Below are positions 9,785-19,611 of a DNA stretch of 32,000 nt, one piece after another; the stretch's first letter is position 1; each line of letters begins with the position of its first letter. Both the position numbers and the translations under genes were made by a program. The stretch is from Candidatus Methylomirabilis oxygeniifera (GTDB lineage: Bacteria > Methylomirabilota > Methylomirabilia > Methylomirabilales > Methylomirabilaceae), in contig FP565575.1 in the NCBI GenBank assembly GCA_000091165.1, positions 2,070,001 to 2,102,000 on the forward strand, in the 5' to 3' direction. The notes below the pieces were generated by a model. That model saw only the letters and a list, made by a program, of their open reading frames with translations. It did no database searches and was not told the origin of the DNA.

Positions 9785-10519
9785 ATGATTGAAATCGCCG
9801 GTCCCGAGATTGACGAGCTTCGCGAGCTGATCGGTCAGACACGCGCCCACGTTCGCAGGCAGCAACGCTTGGGTGTGGAACGTCTGTACGTCGCGTGGCC
9901 TGAACGCGCGGAGGGGCTTCCTGAACCATCCCCGACGCTTACCAAGGTGCGGGAGACGGTGGGGGAGTGCACGCGGTGCAAGCTGCACAAGGATCGGAAG
10001 CATATCGTGTTCGGGATCGGGAACCCGAAGGCCTGGCTGGTCTTCGTTGGGGAGGCGCCAGGGGCGGATGAAGACGAACAGGGCGAGCCGTTCGTCGGAC
10101 GAGCCGGACAGTTGCTGACCAGGATCATCGAGGCGATGAAGCTGACCCGCGAACAGGTGTATATCTGTAACATCGTGAAGTGCCGGCCCCCGGCCAATCG
10201 CAACCCGGAACCGGATGAGATCGCCGCCTGCGAGCCGTTCCTGGTCGCACAGCTTCAGGCTATCCGGCCGAAATTGATCTGCGCGCTGGGCACCTTTGCG
10301 GCCCAGACGCTCCTGCGCACCAGGGAGCCGATCTCGAAACTACGTGGGCGATTTCACGACTATCATGGGATCCTGGTCCTGCCCACCTTCCATCCCGCCT
10401 ATCTGCTGCGTAACCCGCACGAAAAGAAGACGGTCTGGGAGGACATGAAACTTCTGATGCGGGAGTACGAGCAACTCGGTAACACGCGGCCTCTCGCCTC
10501 AGCGCCAGAATTCTCTTGA
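9785..10519 (+). CDS. Uracil-DNA glycosylase, type 4 (Fe-S cluster containing) family
   Basis: [89 protein letters not shown]. Confidence 0.92.
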   Translation: MIEIAGPEIDELRELIGQTRAHVRRQQRLGVERLYVAWPERAEGLPEPSPTLTKVRETVGECTRCKLHKDRKHIVFGIGNPKAWLVFVGEAPGADEDEQGEPFVGRAGQLLTRIIEAMKLTREQVYICNIVKCRPPANRNPEPDEIAACEPFLVAQLQAIRPKLICALGTFAAQTLLRTREPISKLRGRFHDYHGILVLPTFHPAYLLRNPHEKKTVWEDMKLLMREYEQLGNTRPLASAPEFS

Positions 10520-10572
10520 CGATCCGATCGAGATAACACAATTTAATACACAATACTCGAAGGAGGTGTGAC

Positions 10573-10902
10573 ATGTTCAAGCCTGGATGGTACACGTGGT
10601 GGTACGGCGGCGTCATGACCTGTCTTGCGACCGCCCTATTTCTCTTCCTGTCAGCTTCGGCTGACGCCGGTCTGGTTTCCGGACGCGTCAATGATGCAAA
10701 AGGGACATTTCAGTCCGGAGGAAGTTTCCGCGTAAAAGATTCATCCGGCAAGGTGATCAAAGATTCCGTGAAAACAGATGAGTCGAAAGGGTATAGTCTC
10801 TTCCTGCCTCCCGGTATCTACACGGCGGAGTTCAGCGATGGCAGAAGCGCAGTCATTCAGAGCCATCCGGAGCCGATACGGCAGGACATTCAGTTAAAGT
10901 GA
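10573..10902 (+). CDS. Small exported protein with carboxypeptidase-regulatory-like beta-sandwich pattern
   Basis: Good RBS (aaggaggtg), hydrophobic signal (ATALFLFLSASADA), then GRVNDAKGTFQSGGSFRVKDSSGKVIKDSVKTDESKGYSLFLPPGIYTAEFSDG. Confidence 0.65.
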   Translation: MFKPGWYTWWYGGVMTCLATALFLFLSASADAGLVSGRVNDAKGTFQSGGSFRVKDSSGKVIKDSVKTDESKGYSLFLPPGIYTAEFSDGRSAVIQSHPEPIRQDIQLK

Positions 10903-11892
10903 GTGCAGAGGAAGGCCATGCCACCCGATCATGAAGGGGGTTTCAGTCGCGTCCTGCACGTGATCGATACCATAGCCAAACTTGCCACGCCGGTAGCGGT
11001 GATTATCGCGGCATGGGTAGGCGCTCGCCTTGCGAACTCTTTCCAGCAAAGAATGGCGGAAACTACATTGCACAGTCAGCGACAGATTGCGGGCACTACC
11101 CTGCTCAGTGAGCGGGAAAAGGCCGAGAGCGAGCTGCGGGCCTCCATGTTTAACAGTCTCATCAATCCGTTCGTCGGATCCCAGGGTGGCGAGCAGATTT
11201 CTGCCGATCGGGAACAACTGTTGGTAGAGCTGCTGGCTCTCAACTTTCACGAACACTTTGAACTGAAGCCGTTATTCGAGCGCGTAGATCAGAGACTCGC
11301 CAGGGAAGGAAAGCTGGAGGCGCGTAGCGCGTTAAGGTCGATTGCCGATCGAATTATCGATCGGCAGACAGCCGCGCTGAGCAAGGAGGGGAGTAGTAAC
11401 AGCTCAACAGGGGATGGGGCGAGGATTGACGTGTTGACCATTACCGAACCGCCGCGAGCCCCCGGCCAGAAGGCGGTGTTTGAGTTGCTTGCAGCCAACG
11501 AGCAACGACCGTTTCAGATTGTTGGAACATTGAAGGAACCGATCGAGGATCTGAAATCGCCCGATGGAGCCCAGAAAGTCACGATCGTCGTCGATGACGC
11601 CGATTGGGCAAACCAGAAGTTTAAGATCCAATTGCTTATGGTCGGCACCAAGTCCGGCTTGGTGAACTCCAATACGGCATTTACGCTCAGCAGGTTCGAT
11701 TTTCCACTGACCGACAATACCCTCTTTTCAGATGGGAACCGCATCGCGTTGGCTGTCTCAAGCATTCGCGTTGATGGGGTGCTCAAGAGTGCGGCTCTCA
11801 AGTTGATCTGGTTCCCAAAAAATTATTTTACGCCGCGGGAGCGGCCGCTGGATTACGCCGAGTTTCTGAAACTGGTAGGAAAGAAAACATAG
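10903..11892 (+). CDS. Hypothetical membrane-anchored protein, start probably ATG 10918
   Basis: Single N-terminal TM segment (LATPVAVIIAAWVGARLA) followed by a charged helical region; compositionally normal ORF in a gap between genes. Confidence 0.7.
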   Translation: MQRKAMPPDHEGGFSRVLHVIDTIAKLATPVAVIIAAWVGARLANSFQQRMAETTLHSQRQIAGTTLLSEREKAESELRASMFNSLINPFVGSQGGEQISADREQLLVELLALNFHEHFELKPLFERVDQRLAREGKLEARSALRSIADRIIDRQTAALSKEGSSNSSTGDGARIDVLTITEPPRAPGQKAVFELLAANEQRPFQIVGTLKEPIEDLKSPDGAQKVTIVVDDADWANQKFKIQLLMVGTKSGLVNSNTAFTLSRFDFPLTDNTLFSDGNRIALAVSSIRVDGVLKSAALKLIWFPKNYFTPRERPLDYAEFLKLVGKKT

Positions 11893-11949
11893 GGTGTTCG
11901 TAGGTATATCATGCCCAGGCGTGACCATAAGAGAAAGGAGAAGTATAGG

Positions 11950-12645
11950 ATGACAAGAAGGGCGCCAGTCTTTGTTGCTATAGTGCTGAGCTTGGCCCTC
12001 ACGGGATGCCGGATGAAGAGCGATATGAATCTCAAGGCTGCCAAGGTAAGCTCCTCAGCCGTCTACTGCCTCTTCGATCCATCCTGTGCGGTAACCGTCA
12101 TCGACAGTAGTACCACTCCCATCCCGATGCAGGCTGGGGGAACGGCTTTCCTTCAGTCCCGCACCTTCACGGGTAAGCCTGGTACACCGGCGAGCGGTCT
12201 GTACGGGTATGAGTACCGGATTGATCTCGAGAAGGCCGTTCAGACCAAGATTCAGGTCGAGGAGCTCGGTGAGGAGATCACGTACATGCCTTGTCTGCGG
12301 TCTATAACGTTTGAGTTCGGTCCTATCATCGATACCTTGGATTACGATAGCGATGGGAAGGCCGGAGACCTGGCCTATGTCGTGACGAGCGGCGGTCCTG
12401 GAAAGATAGGCCTGGGATCTATAGAGCGGTACCACGGCCTGCTTACGTTTATCTTCGACTCTCCCCTCTGCGTCGGAAGTCCCCAGGGTCAGGGCGATAG
12501 TACCTTCGTCTTCGGCCTTGCCTCCGCAAAGCCGCCGAGGTCCGTCGAGTCAACTATCAAGGAGACAGCCGGTTTGGGCGCGGCATCACCAAAGATGAAG
12601 AAAAATATCAAATACAAAGTGCAGGTCCATGCGCCTCAGATTTGA
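11950..12645 (+). CDS. Hypothetical lipoprotein
   Basis: In frame with track ORF 11911..12645. From ATG 11950: MTRRAPVFVAIVLSLALTGCRMKSD has a lipobox (LTGC), preceded by an aaaggagaa RBS. Confidence 0.75.
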   Translation: MTRRAPVFVAIVLSLALTGCRMKSDMNLKAAKVSSSAVYCLFDPSCAVTVIDSSTTPIPMQAGGTAFLQSRTFTGKPGTPASGLYGYEYRIDLEKAVQTKIQVEELGEEITYMPCLRSITFEFGPIIDTLDYDSDGKAGDLAYVVTSGGPGKIGLGSIERYHGLLTFIFDSPLCVGSPQGQGDSTFVFGLASAKPPRSVESTIKETAGLGAASPKMKKNIKYKVQVHAPQI

Positions 12646-12836
12646 GGCCAGCCATCAGATGACACAAGCACCTGTGGCGATCAGGCAGAAAATCTGATCT
12701 GGCGCAAGACCCAGGCCGACCGTGGACCGGTAGCGAATAACCGTCACCGGTCTACGGTCGGGAAGCCACCTCCAGGCGGTGCTCGCTTTTACTACAGTCC
12801 TTTACAGATAAAGGCCGCCTCAGCTATAGTCCGGGT

Positions 12837-15437
12837 ATGGCCACCAAAGCCGATCATCTTCTCGCCGACATCGTCCTGCCGGTTCCACCACGAAGAGTCC
12901 TGACGTATACTATCCCGCCCTCCATGCAGCAACAGGCGGATGTCGGCAAGCGAGCACTCGTCCCGCTCGGCCCTCGCCTGGTGACCGGATATATTGTCGG
13001 CCTCGACACGTTCAGTGACCAGCGTTCAGCAACCAGCCGTCAGACTTCAGAGCTCAAGCCGATCGACGCAATCCTGGACATCGAGCCGCTTCTGGATCAC
13101 CACATGCTGGATTTGACGCGCCTGGTCGCGGACTACTATATGACGTCGTGGGGGTCGGTGATTCGAACAGCCCTGCCGCCCGGGATCGATCGCAGTACGG
13201 TCCGTACTGTTCAGCTTGTCGAGCCGCAGGACATGGCTCCGCATGCTGTAAGCGGAGAACAGCTCGCCCAGGAGATTGGATGGTTCGACCCCTCTCAGCA
13301 GCAGATACTGACTACACTGCACGCACAACGCCGGATGTCGCTGGCATCGCTCAAACGGCAATGGCCGAACGAACAGGTTGACCGGCTTATCCGGTTGCTT
13401 GTCAGGCACAACCTGGCAAGGATAGAATATCAGGAACGTCTACCCTCAGTTCGGCCCGTCTTCCGACCCTTGCTCAGCCTGGCGGTCGACCGGGCCGCAG
13501 CGGAGATCGAGTTGGCCGCGCTCCGACGCCGGGCACCGCGACAGGCCTCGCTACTTGATCGGCTGTTGCAATCCGGTGTAGCGCTCACGTCCGCAGAGGC
13601 TGCCATCATTGCCGGCGCCTCCGGGATCCGCAGTCTTATCGCGAAAGGCGTCATCCGCCGCACCACGGAGGAGATCGAGCGATCGCCATGGGACGAGACG
13701 ACTATTGTCACAAGCGCCTGGCCGGAACCCAACTCAGCCCAGCACACGGCAATTCACGGACTCCTGGAGGGACTCTCGTCAGGTGCATTTCTCCCGGCGC
13801 TGCTCTATGGCGCAACGGGGAGCGGAAAAACCGAGGTCTATCTCCGGGTCATCGGCGAGGTGGTACGACAGGGAGGGCAGGCGCTGATACTCGTTCCGGA
13901 AATCGCCCTAACTCCTGTCACTGCCGATCGATTCCGCTCCCGCTTCGGCAATCGGGTTGCGTTGTTGCACAGCGCTCTCTCACCCGGCGAGCGGCTGGAT
14001 CAATGGCGTCGCATCAAGCGCGGACTGGCCGACATTGTCGTAGGCACGCGGTCGGCGGTCTTCGCTCCCCTCTCCCGCCTTCGCCTCATCGTAGTCGATG
14101 AAGAGCACGACGCATCCTACAAGCAGCAGGATGAGCCGCACTATCACGCAAGAGACGTAGCATTGACCAGAGGAGAGATGTTGGGAATTACCGTCCTCCT
14201 CGGCTCCGCCACCCCAAGCTATGAAAGCATTCATCGCGCAAAGGAAGGGGCTTATCGACTGTTTCGACTTCCTGAGCGGGTGGAGGACAGGGCGCTGCCT
14301 CGGATGACACTGATCGATATGCGCGAAGAACGCCTGGCCCGGCATGTTTCAGGCCGGAATGCGCGGCGCGAGGCGCAAAATCCCCCCACCCCCCCTTCAC
14401 AAAAGGGGGGCGCGGGGGGATTTGGAGGACGACAGGCGGAGAAGGGGCCGCTTATTTTCTCCAGGCGGCTGGCGGACGCGATCAAGGAGGTACTGACAAA
14501 AGGGGAGCAGGTCCTGCTGTTCATCAATCGCCGAGGCTACGCCAGGTTGTTACTCTGCCGCGAGTGTGGTTTTACCTTGCGGTGTCCGCATTGCAGTGTC
14601 TCGCTTATCTACCATGCGGTGGATAGCAGGATGCGCTGCCACTACTGCGATTATCGAGAACGGCCGCCGGAACATTGTCCTCAGTGCGGTGGGATTGCGT
14701 GTGGATGGCTCGGATACGGAACACAGCAGGTCGAAGCCGCTGCTCGACTCCTCGTCCCGAATGCATCCATCGTCAGGATGGATCGCGACACCACCAGGCA
14801 ACGGCGCGCACACCAGCAGATTCTCGCGGGCGTCCAGCAGAGGCGCACGCAAATTCTTATCGGGACGCAGATGGTCGGGAAAGGACATGACTTTCCCGGC
14901 ATCACGTTAGTCGGCATCCTCTCCGCGGACGCCTCCATGCAGATCCCGGATTTCAGAGCCGGAGAGCGGACCTATGCGCTGCTCACACAGGTGGCCGGGC
15001 GGGCCGGCCGCGGGAACCGCCCCGGCCACGTCATTGTCCAGACCTATAATCCGGAGCACTATTGCATCCTCGCGGCCCGCAATCACGATTATGAAGCGCT
15101 GTACGCGCTCGAGCGGCCGCTCAGAGAGGAGCGCGGTCTTCCTCCCTTCGGCTTTCTTGTCCTGCTCCTGATCACGTCTTCACATGAGGGGCAGGCACAA
15201 GAAAAGGCTGAGCAACTCGCCGGTCTGCTCCTGGAGCGGGCCGTTTCGCCCCTTACTGTCGAGGGGCCGGCGTCGGCGCCGGTGTATCGATTAAAAGGAC
15301 GCTATCGCTGGCAGATCCTCGCCAAAGGTCCTGACCCGAGTGCGCTGCATAACTGGGTCAAAGAGACGATTGCCCTGCTTCCGCCGTCAGGACAGGCCGG
15401 CATCGACATTGATGTCGATCCGGTCGATCTGTGTTGA
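12837..15437 (+). CDS. priA: Primosomal protein N' (replication restart helicase)
   Basis: LLYGATGSGKTEVYLRVIGEVV, DEEHDASYKQ, zinc-binding CRECGFTLRCPHCSVSLIYH...CHYCDY...CPQCGG, GTQMVGKGHDFPGITLVGILSAD, QVAGRAGRG. Confidence 0.96.
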   Translation: MATKADHLLADIVLPVPPRRVLTYTIPPSMQQQADVGKRALVPLGPRLVTGYIVGLDTFSDQRSATSRQTSELKPIDAILDIEPLLDHHMLDLTRLVADYYMTSWGSVIRTALPPGIDRSTVRTVQLVEPQDMAPHAVSGEQLAQEIGWFDPSQQQILTTLHAQRRMSLASLKRQWPNEQVDRLIRLLVRHNLARIEYQERLPSVRPVFRPLLSLAVDRAAAEIELAALRRRAPRQASLLDRLLQSGVALTSAEAAIIAGASGIRSLIAKGVIRRTTEEIERSPWDETTIVTSAWPEPNSAQHTAIHGLLEGLSSGAFLPALLYGATGSGKTEVYLRVIGEVVRQGGQALILVPEIALTPVTADRFRSRFGNRVALLHSALSPGERLDQWRRIKRGLADIVVGTRSAVFAPLSRLRLIVVDEEHDASYKQQDEPHYHARDVALTRGEMLGITVLLGSATPSYESIHRAKEGAYRLFRLPERVEDRALPRMTLIDMREERLARHVSGRNARREAQNPPTPPSQKGGAGGFGGRQAEKGPLIFSRRLADAIKEVLTKGEQVLLFINRRGYARLLLCRECGFTLRCPHCSVSLIYHAVDSRMRCHYCDYRERPPEHCPQCGGIACGWLGYGTQQVEAAARLLVPNASIVRMDRDTTRQRRAHQQILAGVQQRRTQILIGTQMVGKGHDFPGITLVGILSADASMQIPDFRAGERTYALLTQVAGRAGRGNRPGHVIVQTYNPEHYCILAARNHDYEALYALERPLREERGLPPFGFLVLLLITSSHEGQAQEKAEQLAGLLLERAVSPLTVEGPASAPVYRLKGRYRWQILAKGPDPSALHNWVKETIALLPPSGQAGIDIDVDPVDLC
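14377..14424. repeat. Palindromic C/G-run element inserted in frame inside priA
   Basis: aaaatccccccacccccccttcacaaaaggggggcgcgggggattt; encodes QNPPTPPSQKGGAGGFG between PriA motifs. Confidence 0.75.
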
Positions 15438-15446
15438 GCAAGCAGC

Positions 15447-15488
15447 GATCAGCCGTCAGCTTTCAACGTCCTTTGCTGACGGCTGATC
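15447..15488. terminator. Hairpin downstream of priA
   Basis: Perfect 14-bp inverted repeat gatcagccgtcagc (15447-15460) / gctgacggctgatc (15475-15488), followed by atttgtctttt. Confidence 0.6.
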
Positions 15489-15504
15489 ATTTGTCTTTTG
15501 ACCG

Positions 15505-16329
15505 GTGATGTATTACAGTAGCAACGTCATGGCTAAAATGGTGGGCTGGCGAGAGGCTGATTCGTGGCTTCACAAGGGAGAATCCCTGGATGGCCTTGGC
15601 TCTTCCGATCTGAAAGTCATCCAGAGCCTGACGGGTTTCCGCCATTCGATGGATGCGCTATTGCTGGCGCAGTGGGCCGCGCCGCGATCGACCGACCGGG
15701 TCCTTGATCTCGGCTGCGGAAACGGCGTGATCGCCTTCCTGCTGGCTCATCGACATCCGGAGCTTCGCATAGTCGGGCTTGAGGTTCAGCCCGCCTTGGC
15801 CGATCGGGCCAGGCGGGGAGTGCACCTCAACGGGTTACAGGGCCGCATCGAGATCGTGGAGGGCGACCTCCGTCAGGCCAAAGGGCTGCTACCGATCGCG
15901 GGTTTTGATATGGTTCTCTGTAACCCGCCATATCGAGAGTTGGCCAGCGGACGGCTCAGTCCGGATCCGGAGATCCGACAGGCCAAACATGAGTTGACCG
16001 CCACCCTAGAGGAGGCGATTGCGGCCGTCCGATACCTGCTCGCTCCAAAAGGGCGAGCGTGCCTGATCTACCATGCCTCACGGCTCGTCGATCTGCTGAG
16101 CAGTCTCAGGGCCGTGCGGCTGGAACCGAAGAGATTGCGGTTGGTCCACTCTTACCCCGGCGCCGAGGCGGAACTGAGCTTGGTGGAGGCGCGACGGCAC
16201 GGGCGACCGGGACTGCAGATCCTTGCCCCTCTGTTCGTCTATCAGGCACGAGGCGGCCCTTTATCGCCTGACATGGAAGCGATCTATCGCGGTTTGACCT
16301 TGTCTGAAGTTCGGAGTACAGTCGCATGA
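15505..16329 (+). CDS. SAM-dependent methyltransferase, TrmN6/YfiC-like (start possibly 15529)
   Basis: RVLDLGCGNGVIAFLLAHRHPELRIVGLEVQ and catalytic NPPY motif (DMVLCNPPYRE). Confidence 0.85.
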   Translation: MMYYSSNVMAKMVGWREADSWLHKGESLDGLGSSDLKVIQSLTGFRHSMDALLLAQWAAPRSTDRVLDLGCGNGVIAFLLAHRHPELRIVGLEVQPALADRARRGVHLNGLQGRIEIVEGDLRQAKGLLPIAGFDMVLCNPPYRELASGRLSPDPEIRQAKHELTATLEEAIAAVRYLLAPKGRACLIYHASRLVDLLSSLRAVRLEPKRLRLVHSYPGAEAELSLVEARRHGRPGLQILAPLFVYQARGGPLSPDMEAIYRGLTLSEVRSTVA

Positions 16330-17183
16330 GTCGATACACCATCGCGCTTGCTCAGATGAACCCGGCCCTCGGCGATCTGGAACGCAATCTTGCTCTGCAT
16401 GAAAAGACGGCCGAGGAGGCGATCGGCCGCGGAGCCGGTCTGCTGATCTGTCCTGAATTGAGTCTGACCGGATACTTTCTCAAAGACATCGTCTCATCCG
16501 TAGCCCTTCCCTTGGCCAGTCCCATTCTCGACAGACTCAGAGACTTGAGCCGTCGTATCGATCTTGTGGTCGGGCTGGTTGAAGAGTCGCCCGAACATCT
16601 GCTCTACAATGCCGCCCTCTATCTCTCCAGGGGCGAGATCCGACACGTCCACCGGAAGGTCTACCTGCCCACGTACGGGATCTTCGATGAGCAACGATAT
16701 CTCGCGGAGGGCAGTCGGATCAGAACATTTCAAGCGGACATCGGTCGATCTGCGATCTTGATCTGCGAGGATATGTGGCATCCATCGGTCGCGTGTATTG
16801 CCTCTCTCGATGGGATGGACATCCTCATCTCGCCCTCCGCCAGTCCGGGTCGCGGGGGTCTTGAGGAAGGTCGCACGTTCGCGAATGCCAGAGCCTGGGA
16901 AACGATCAATCGGGCCTATGCCCAGCTCTTTACCTGCTATGTCCTGTACGCGAATCGTGTCGGTTACGAGGATGGCGCCTGCTTCTGGGGCGGCTCAGAG
17001 GTGATCGCCCCATCCGGCGAACCGGTGGCCAAGGCAGAGTACCTCAGCGAGCAGATCCTGATAGCCGAAATCGACTCGGCAGAGGTTCGGCGGGCCAGAA
17101 TAGTGAATCCGCTGCTTCGAGACGAGCGAATGGATGTCACGCTTCGAGAACTGGAGCGGGTAAAGCGAGAGGTGGCCAGGTGA
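16326..17183 (+). CDS. Carbon-nitrogen hydrolase (nitrilase family), probably the glutaminase partner of NAD synthetase
   Basis: [55 protein letters not shown]-like stretch, [11 protein letters not shown]; overlaps the nadE start by 4 nt. Confidence 0.88.
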   Translation: MSRYTIALAQMNPALGDLERNLALHEKTAEEAIGRGAGLLICPELSLTGYFLKDIVSSVALPLASPILDRLRDLSRRIDLVVGLVEESPEHLLYNAALYLSRGEIRHVHRKVYLPTYGIFDEQRYLAEGSRIRTFQADIGRSAILICEDMWHPSVACIASLDGMDILISPSASPGRGGLEEGRTFANARAWETINRAYAQLFTCYVLYANRVGYEDGACFWGGSEVIAPSGEPVAKAEYLSEQILIAEIDSAEVRRARIVNPLLRDERMDVTLRELERVKREVAR

Positions 17184-18001
17184 TCGCTCCCTCCCTGCAT
17201 TGCGAATTCGTCCAAAAGATTCTGACCGGGTTTATTGGCAATGAGGTCCAAAAGGCCGGTTTCAGCCGTGTCGTGATCGGGCTTTCCGGCGGGGTCGATT
17301 CGGCGCTATCCGCATATCTCGGGGCGAAGGCCCTTGGGGCCGAGAATGTCTGGGCCCTCCTGATGCCGTACAAAACCAGCAGTCCGGAGAGTCGAGAGCA
17401 CGCTGAGCTGGTCGTGAAGCAACTCCGCATCCAATCGGACGTCATCGACATCACACCGATGGTAGACGCCTACTTCGAACGTTTCCCAGAGTCGGATCAC
17501 GTTCGCCGGGGCAATAAGATGGCCCGCGAGCGGATGACGATCCTTTTCGACCATTCCGCTAAGCTGAAGGCGCTGGTTCTCGGCACCAGCAACAAAACGG
17601 AACTACTGCTGGGGTACGGCACACTGTATGGCGATATGGCCAGCGCTATTAATCCCCTTGGCGATCTGTACAAGACCCAGGTTCGGCAACTGGCTTGCTA
17701 CATGGGTATCCCGGAGGCTATCGTCCAAAAGGCGCCCAGCGGGGATCTCTGGGTCGGACAGACCGACGAGGCGGAGCTTGGCTTTAGTTACGAGGAGGTC
17801 GATCGGGTTCTCAATCTGATGGTAGACCGTCGTTACGAAATCCCTGAGATTATTGCTGCCGGCTTCGACGAGCGGTTCGTCCGGGCGGTTCTCGCCAAGG
17901 TCCAGGCCTCCCAGTACAAGCGCCGCCCACCCCTTATCGCCAAGATCTCTGCCCGCACGATTGACCGCGACTTCCGCTATCCCCGCGACTGGGGTAAGTA
18001 G
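17180..18001 (+). CDS. nadE: NAD(+) synthetase
   Basis: [23 protein letters not shown] (PP-loop), [41 protein letters not shown]. Confidence 0.94.
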   Translation: MIAPSLHCEFVQKILTGFIGNEVQKAGFSRVVIGLSGGVDSALSAYLGAKALGAENVWALLMPYKTSSPESREHAELVVKQLRIQSDVIDITPMVDAYFERFPESDHVRRGNKMARERMTILFDHSAKLKALVLGTSNKTELLLGYGTLYGDMASAINPLGDLYKTQVRQLACYMGIPEAIVQKAPSGDLWVGQTDEAELGFSYEEVDRVLNLMVDRRYEIPEIIAAGFDERFVRAVLAKVQASQYKRRPPLIAKISARTIDRDFRYPRDWGK

Positions 18002-18056
18002 CGGCGCTATCGGATCCACAGCGGATTCATTCCCCGAAGCTTGCTGCAAGTTCGTT

Positions 18057-18076
18057 ATACCGGCGAAAGCCGGTAT
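18057..18076. repeat. Short palindromic dispersed-type repeat (VIPAKAGI-type element)
   Basis: ataccggc-GAAA-gccggtat perfect 8-bp stem with GAAA tetraloop; resembles the widespread ATTCCGGCGAAAGCCGGAAT-type elements. Confidence 0.7.
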
Positions 18077-18200
18077 CTAGAGAACCCGGAGGATTCCCCC
18101 GTATCCAGTGCGGAGCAGGCGTATTGAGCACGGAATGACTGGCCAGATCCCCTCCTCGACAACGCAGGCCTCACGAACCGGTCGGCGGCGAACCCTTTCC

Positions 18201-18758
18201 CTACTTGAAAGCATAGTTTATGTAGACGTGGTACGCTATGAGCAGCAACAACGCCATAGATAATCCGACATGGGCGCTGATCCACACCGGTCTGTACCAG
18301 GGCTTGTGGATTTTGACGATCTGAAAATTGAACAAGCCGGTGAGGAATGCCAGCAACAACGTCAGGCTGAGGATTTCGAGATAGCCGTATCCCAAGGTTT
18401 GGGAATGGCCAAAGAAAAACAACAGAAGCAGAGCGCCAAAAAGTTTGTGGCGACCCATCATGGTTGCGGCATTGCGCTGCTCCCCCTGAGCGCGCTTCAC
18501 GGAAAAACGCCACTGATAAAGAACAAACGCAAACAATCCGAAACCTGTGGCGAGCTTATACGTGTTGTCGTCTTGCAGTCCGGTCAACAAGGTCCACTGC
18601 CACCCGGTCGATTGCTGGACAATCAAAGCCACCAGCAGGAACAGGCCCAGCCAAAAATACCCCTTGGTGGGTACACCGGACCTCAGGCTGTCCGTCAGTG
18701 ACGATTTAAGTCGGTTGAAGCCTTGTATAACGACCAGGCTTTTAACGGGCAACGACAA
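18201..18758 (-). CDS. Small integral membrane protein with membrane histidines, possible b-type cytochrome-like electron-transfer subunit
   Basis: C-terminal part of track ORF 18201..19058. Several TM segments (YFWLGLFLLVALIVQQ, FGLFAFVLYQW, LFGALLLLFFFGHSQ, LGYGYLEILSLTLLLAFLTGLFNF, AHVGLSMALLLLIAYHVYINYAFK) with conserved-looking His. The N-terminal third of the track ORF is a shadow of the next gene; the start is probably TTG at 18752 or 18758. Confidence 0.6.
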   Translation of the reverse strand: MSLPVKSLVVIQGFNRLKSSLTDSLRSGVPTKGYFWLGLFLLVALIVQQSTGWQWTLLTGLQDDNTYKLATGFGLFAFVLYQWRFSVKRAQGEQRNAATMMGRHKLFGALLLLFFFGHSQTLGYGYLEILSLTLLLAFLTGLFNFQIVKIHKPWYRPVWISAHVGLSMALLLLIAYHVYINYAFK

Positions 18759-19611
18759 GAGCGCCCCCTTCTTTGTTCGCTGCTGATCCGGGTTTTGGCT
18801 TGCTTGCCAGTGAGCTGAGCACCGCCAAAGTGTGCGGGGCTGTGCGCCTGGCGATTTCTCCCATGAACACCTCAGAGCTCGGCAGGAAATAACCCTCAGC
18901 CGGCCAGCGTTCGCCAATGGCGGGGGGATTGGCAAATTTCCGCGCCTTTTCAAGATAAGACTCGTAGGCTTCCTTGAAGCCTTGGCGTAAGGCGTCGAGC
19001 GTGCGGAGCAACTCGTCCATGGACACGCTGCCGCTTGGATACATCCACGTGGTCGCACCCATCACATCATTAAGCTTCCAGTCGTGCTTGGGTGATTGTT
19101 CGTGCTTGTTATGGCATTGAATGCAGCCCTCGACGACCGCCACATCACTGAACATGGCGACCTGCATTTGAATGTCGGGCATGAAAAAGAATTGCGGCTT
19201 AAGGGTTTGCTTGACCACCTGGAATTTTTCCAACTGCAGCCCCTCGAAGCGGTTCGCTGAGTTGACGGGATAGTCCGACCCCAGAAACAGGCTGAGCGGC
19301 GTCGGGTTCTTTTCCAGGCTTTTCGCCGTCTCACGTAGAAACAATGCGGGCAAAGGACCGGCCTCTACGTCCGCCTCACGCCAACGCTCGTCGAACTTCA
19401 AACCGGTCTGCTTGCCCGCGCCGACCACTTCCTTGGTCCACATTGCTCTCACCACGTCGTTTTCCGCCTTGAGAATCTCAAACATCCGTTCCACCGGGAT
19501 GGCCGCGTCGGCGGCCTTCTGCTCTTCCAATGGCGGCGGGGCACTGACAAACAGATAGATGCTCAAGGCACCCAGCGCCAGACAGGCGATCCAGAAGTTT
19601 TGTTTAGCCAT
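18742..19611 (-). CDS. DUF3365 (Tll0287-like) heme-binding protein, single CXXCH
   Basis: From MAKQNFWIACLALGALSIYLF (signal/anchor) to VAMFSDVAVVEGCIQCHNKHEQSPKHDWKLNDVMGATTWMYP; the CIQCH motif near NxxHxxSPKxDWKxxDxxG is the DUF3365 pattern. Confidence 0.78.
   Translation of the reverse strand: MAKQNFWIACLALGALSIYLFVSAPPPLEEQKAADAAIPVERMFEILKAENDVVRAMWTKEVVGAGKQTGLKFDERWREADVEAGPLPALFLRETAKSLEKNPTPLSLFLGSDYPVNSANRFEGLQLEKFQVVKQTLKPQFFFMPDIQMQVAMFSDVAVVEGCIQCHNKHEQSPKHDWKLNDVMGATTWMYPSGSVSMDELLRTLDALRQGFKEAYESYLEKARKFANPPAIGERWPAEGYFLPSSEVFMGEIARRTAPHTLAVLSSLASKPKPGSAANKEGGALVVAR

Noticed and set aside
13980-14345. 121-aa and other minus-strand ORFs within priA
   Set aside because: Antisense shadows; PriA motifs are continuous on the plus strand.
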